Assembly: GCA_965199955.1 (NCBI GenBank)
Contig: CBDATQ010000002.1
Span: forward strand, 608,001 to 672,000
Source: Spirochaetia bacterium
Lineage (GTDB): Bacteria; Spirochaetota; Spirochaetia; SZUA-6; Bin103
Reading direction: 5' to 3'
DNA: 64,000 nucleotides
The notes beneath the pieces are model-generated. The model ran no database searches. It worked only from the letters and a program-made list of their open reading frames with translations, and had not been told where the DNA came from. The position numbers were made by a program, and so were the translations under genes. Below are positions 62,753 through 64,000 of this stretch, piece after piece (the first letter of the stretch is position 1; every line of letters begins with the position of its first letter).

Positions 62753-63775
62753 ATGCGGCCCGATGGGAGCGCAGCCAAGCGGATCGACGCCACGCGCCGG
62801 CAGGCGGCGGAGGCGGTCTGCGACCGCGTGATCGGTCGCGTACGCGACTGGCGCTACGTGCCGCCGGAAGCCCTCTGGGCCGAGAGCACCGCCTACCGGG
62901 CAGAGCTGGCCGCCACTCTGGCGATCGCCGGCCACCTGCTGGGCCGGCAGCGCTGCATGGACGTGGCGGAGGCGATGCTGGAGCGGATCCTGGCCGAGCG
63001 GGTCGACGGCGCGCTGTGGTCGGTGGGACGGTGGTGCCAGTTTCCCGTCTATAGCGGACTGCCCATCGACTGGCGCGACGAGCTGACCCGGCCCGACACC
63101 ACCAACCCGATCGTCCTGTATTGCCTGGGCGTGTACCATCGCATCACCGGCGACCGCCGGTTCGCCGCCAGCGTGCGCACGTCGTTCGATCGCATGCAGG
63201 CCGGCGCCTGGTTCGGGGATCCTGCCGCCCTGCACCACATGACCCCGGAGTGGGTCGCGCTGGCCAGCTTCCTGTGGCGTGAGGAGTTCCCGGAGTACTG
63301 GCAGGCGGCGCGACCGATCGTCGACTGGGTTCGCGCCGGGCTGGTGCCGGGGGCGGCGCTCGACTTCCCGTTCGTGACCGCCGTCCGCATGCACCTGCTG
63401 CTGGCCACCACCGGAACGGAACATCTGCGCGGGACGATCGGCCCGGCGATCGACGCCTTCCTGGCCGACGAGTCGTGGCGGTACGAGCACGAGCGCCGGG
63501 ACGTCCGCCACATCAAGGAGCTGGGAGAGCACGTGGACATCCGCGCCAACGGGGCGCTGGCGGTGGCGATGCGGATGTTCGATCTGGCCGCGGGCGAAGA
63601 GGTCTATACCGGTACCGACCACTACCGGTATCTGGCGGGATGGATGGACGCGATGCGCGACCCCGACGGCTCCTGCTACGGCTGCCGCGACGTCGGCACG
63701 GGCCGGCGGTTCTGCCTGGGCTCGCCGCCGCACTACATCCAGCTCTGGTGGATCCTGGGCGGCTTCCACGTGTGA
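62753..63775 (+). CDS. Hypothetical protein, possible (alpha/alpha) toroid
   Basis: 340-aa ORF with good codon bias, Trp/Tyr-rich helices, extended -10 just upstream. Confidence 0.7.
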   Translation: MRPDGSAAKRIDATRRQAAEAVCDRVIGRVRDWRYVPPEALWAESTAYRAELAATLAIAGHLLGRQRCMDVAEAMLERILAERVDGALWSVGRWCQFPVYSGLPIDWRDELTRPDTTNPIVLYCLGVYHRITGDRRFAASVRTSFDRMQAGAWFGDPAALHHMTPEWVALASFLWREEFPEYWQAARPIVDWVRAGLVPGAALDFPFVTAVRMHLLLATTGTEHLRGTIGPAIDAFLADESWRYEHERRDVRHIKELGEHVDIRANGALAVAMRMFDLAAGEEVYTGTDHYRYLAGWMDAMRDPDGSCYGCRDVGTGRRFCLGSPPHYIQLWWILGGFHV

Positions 63776-64000
63776 CCGCGTGACCGAACGGACCATCGGA
63801 CTGCCGGCGCGCGGCGCCGACGTCGTCGTGGACGGCTGCCACATCCACGGGGAGGGCTCCCACGTAGAAGCTGTAGTAGGTGTCGCTGCCGGGGGAGCCG
63901 CGCCAGTCGGGGAGAGACGGATCGGCCTGGTTGCCGGTCTGCGCGAACGGACGCGGCACGTGGCCCCAGCGCGCGTAGTCTCGCCTCCGGCCGGAACTTG

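Noticed and set aside
63776..64000. Partial minus-strand CDS at the window edge
   Set aside because: Open frame but no recognisable motif and an unclear stop; cannot be supported

Overview
High-GC bacterial chromosomal segment, most likely from a member of the Spirochaetia. This is inferred from the surA-like/nusB/map/htrA synteny, a TP0733-like OMP and a pallilysin-related adhesin. 1-22.4 kb is intact core genome: an F1Fo ATP synthase operon (atpEFHAGDC, with a miniature delta and sequences that look Chloroflexota-like), envelope/chaperone genes, purB, guaA and tRNA-Gln(CTG). After the tRNA the window is mostly accessory DNA. It holds an EndoQ(PHP)-UvrD fusion followed by PhyH, nucleoside deoxyribosyltransferase and DUF6807-like genes, and an intact IS1634 element (21-bp TIRs, 6-bp TSD) inside a dead sulfatase. 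It also holds a Zn-finger/hydantoinase-AB/SDR cluster, a form II coxSLM-like operon, proS, a glycine betaine ABC transporter and several PhyH dioxygenases. Scattered through it are broken defence and mobile genes: an AbiEii tail, HEPN and VapC toxins frameshifted beside intact antitoxins, an AIPR fragment, an orphan vsr, a CI-like repressor, a type I-G cas3 stub, and IS1380 and ISNCY-like remnants. Several of these are joined at abrupt deletion junctions. No CRISPR array or rRNA is visible. All family calls come from motif recognition by eye, with no database search.
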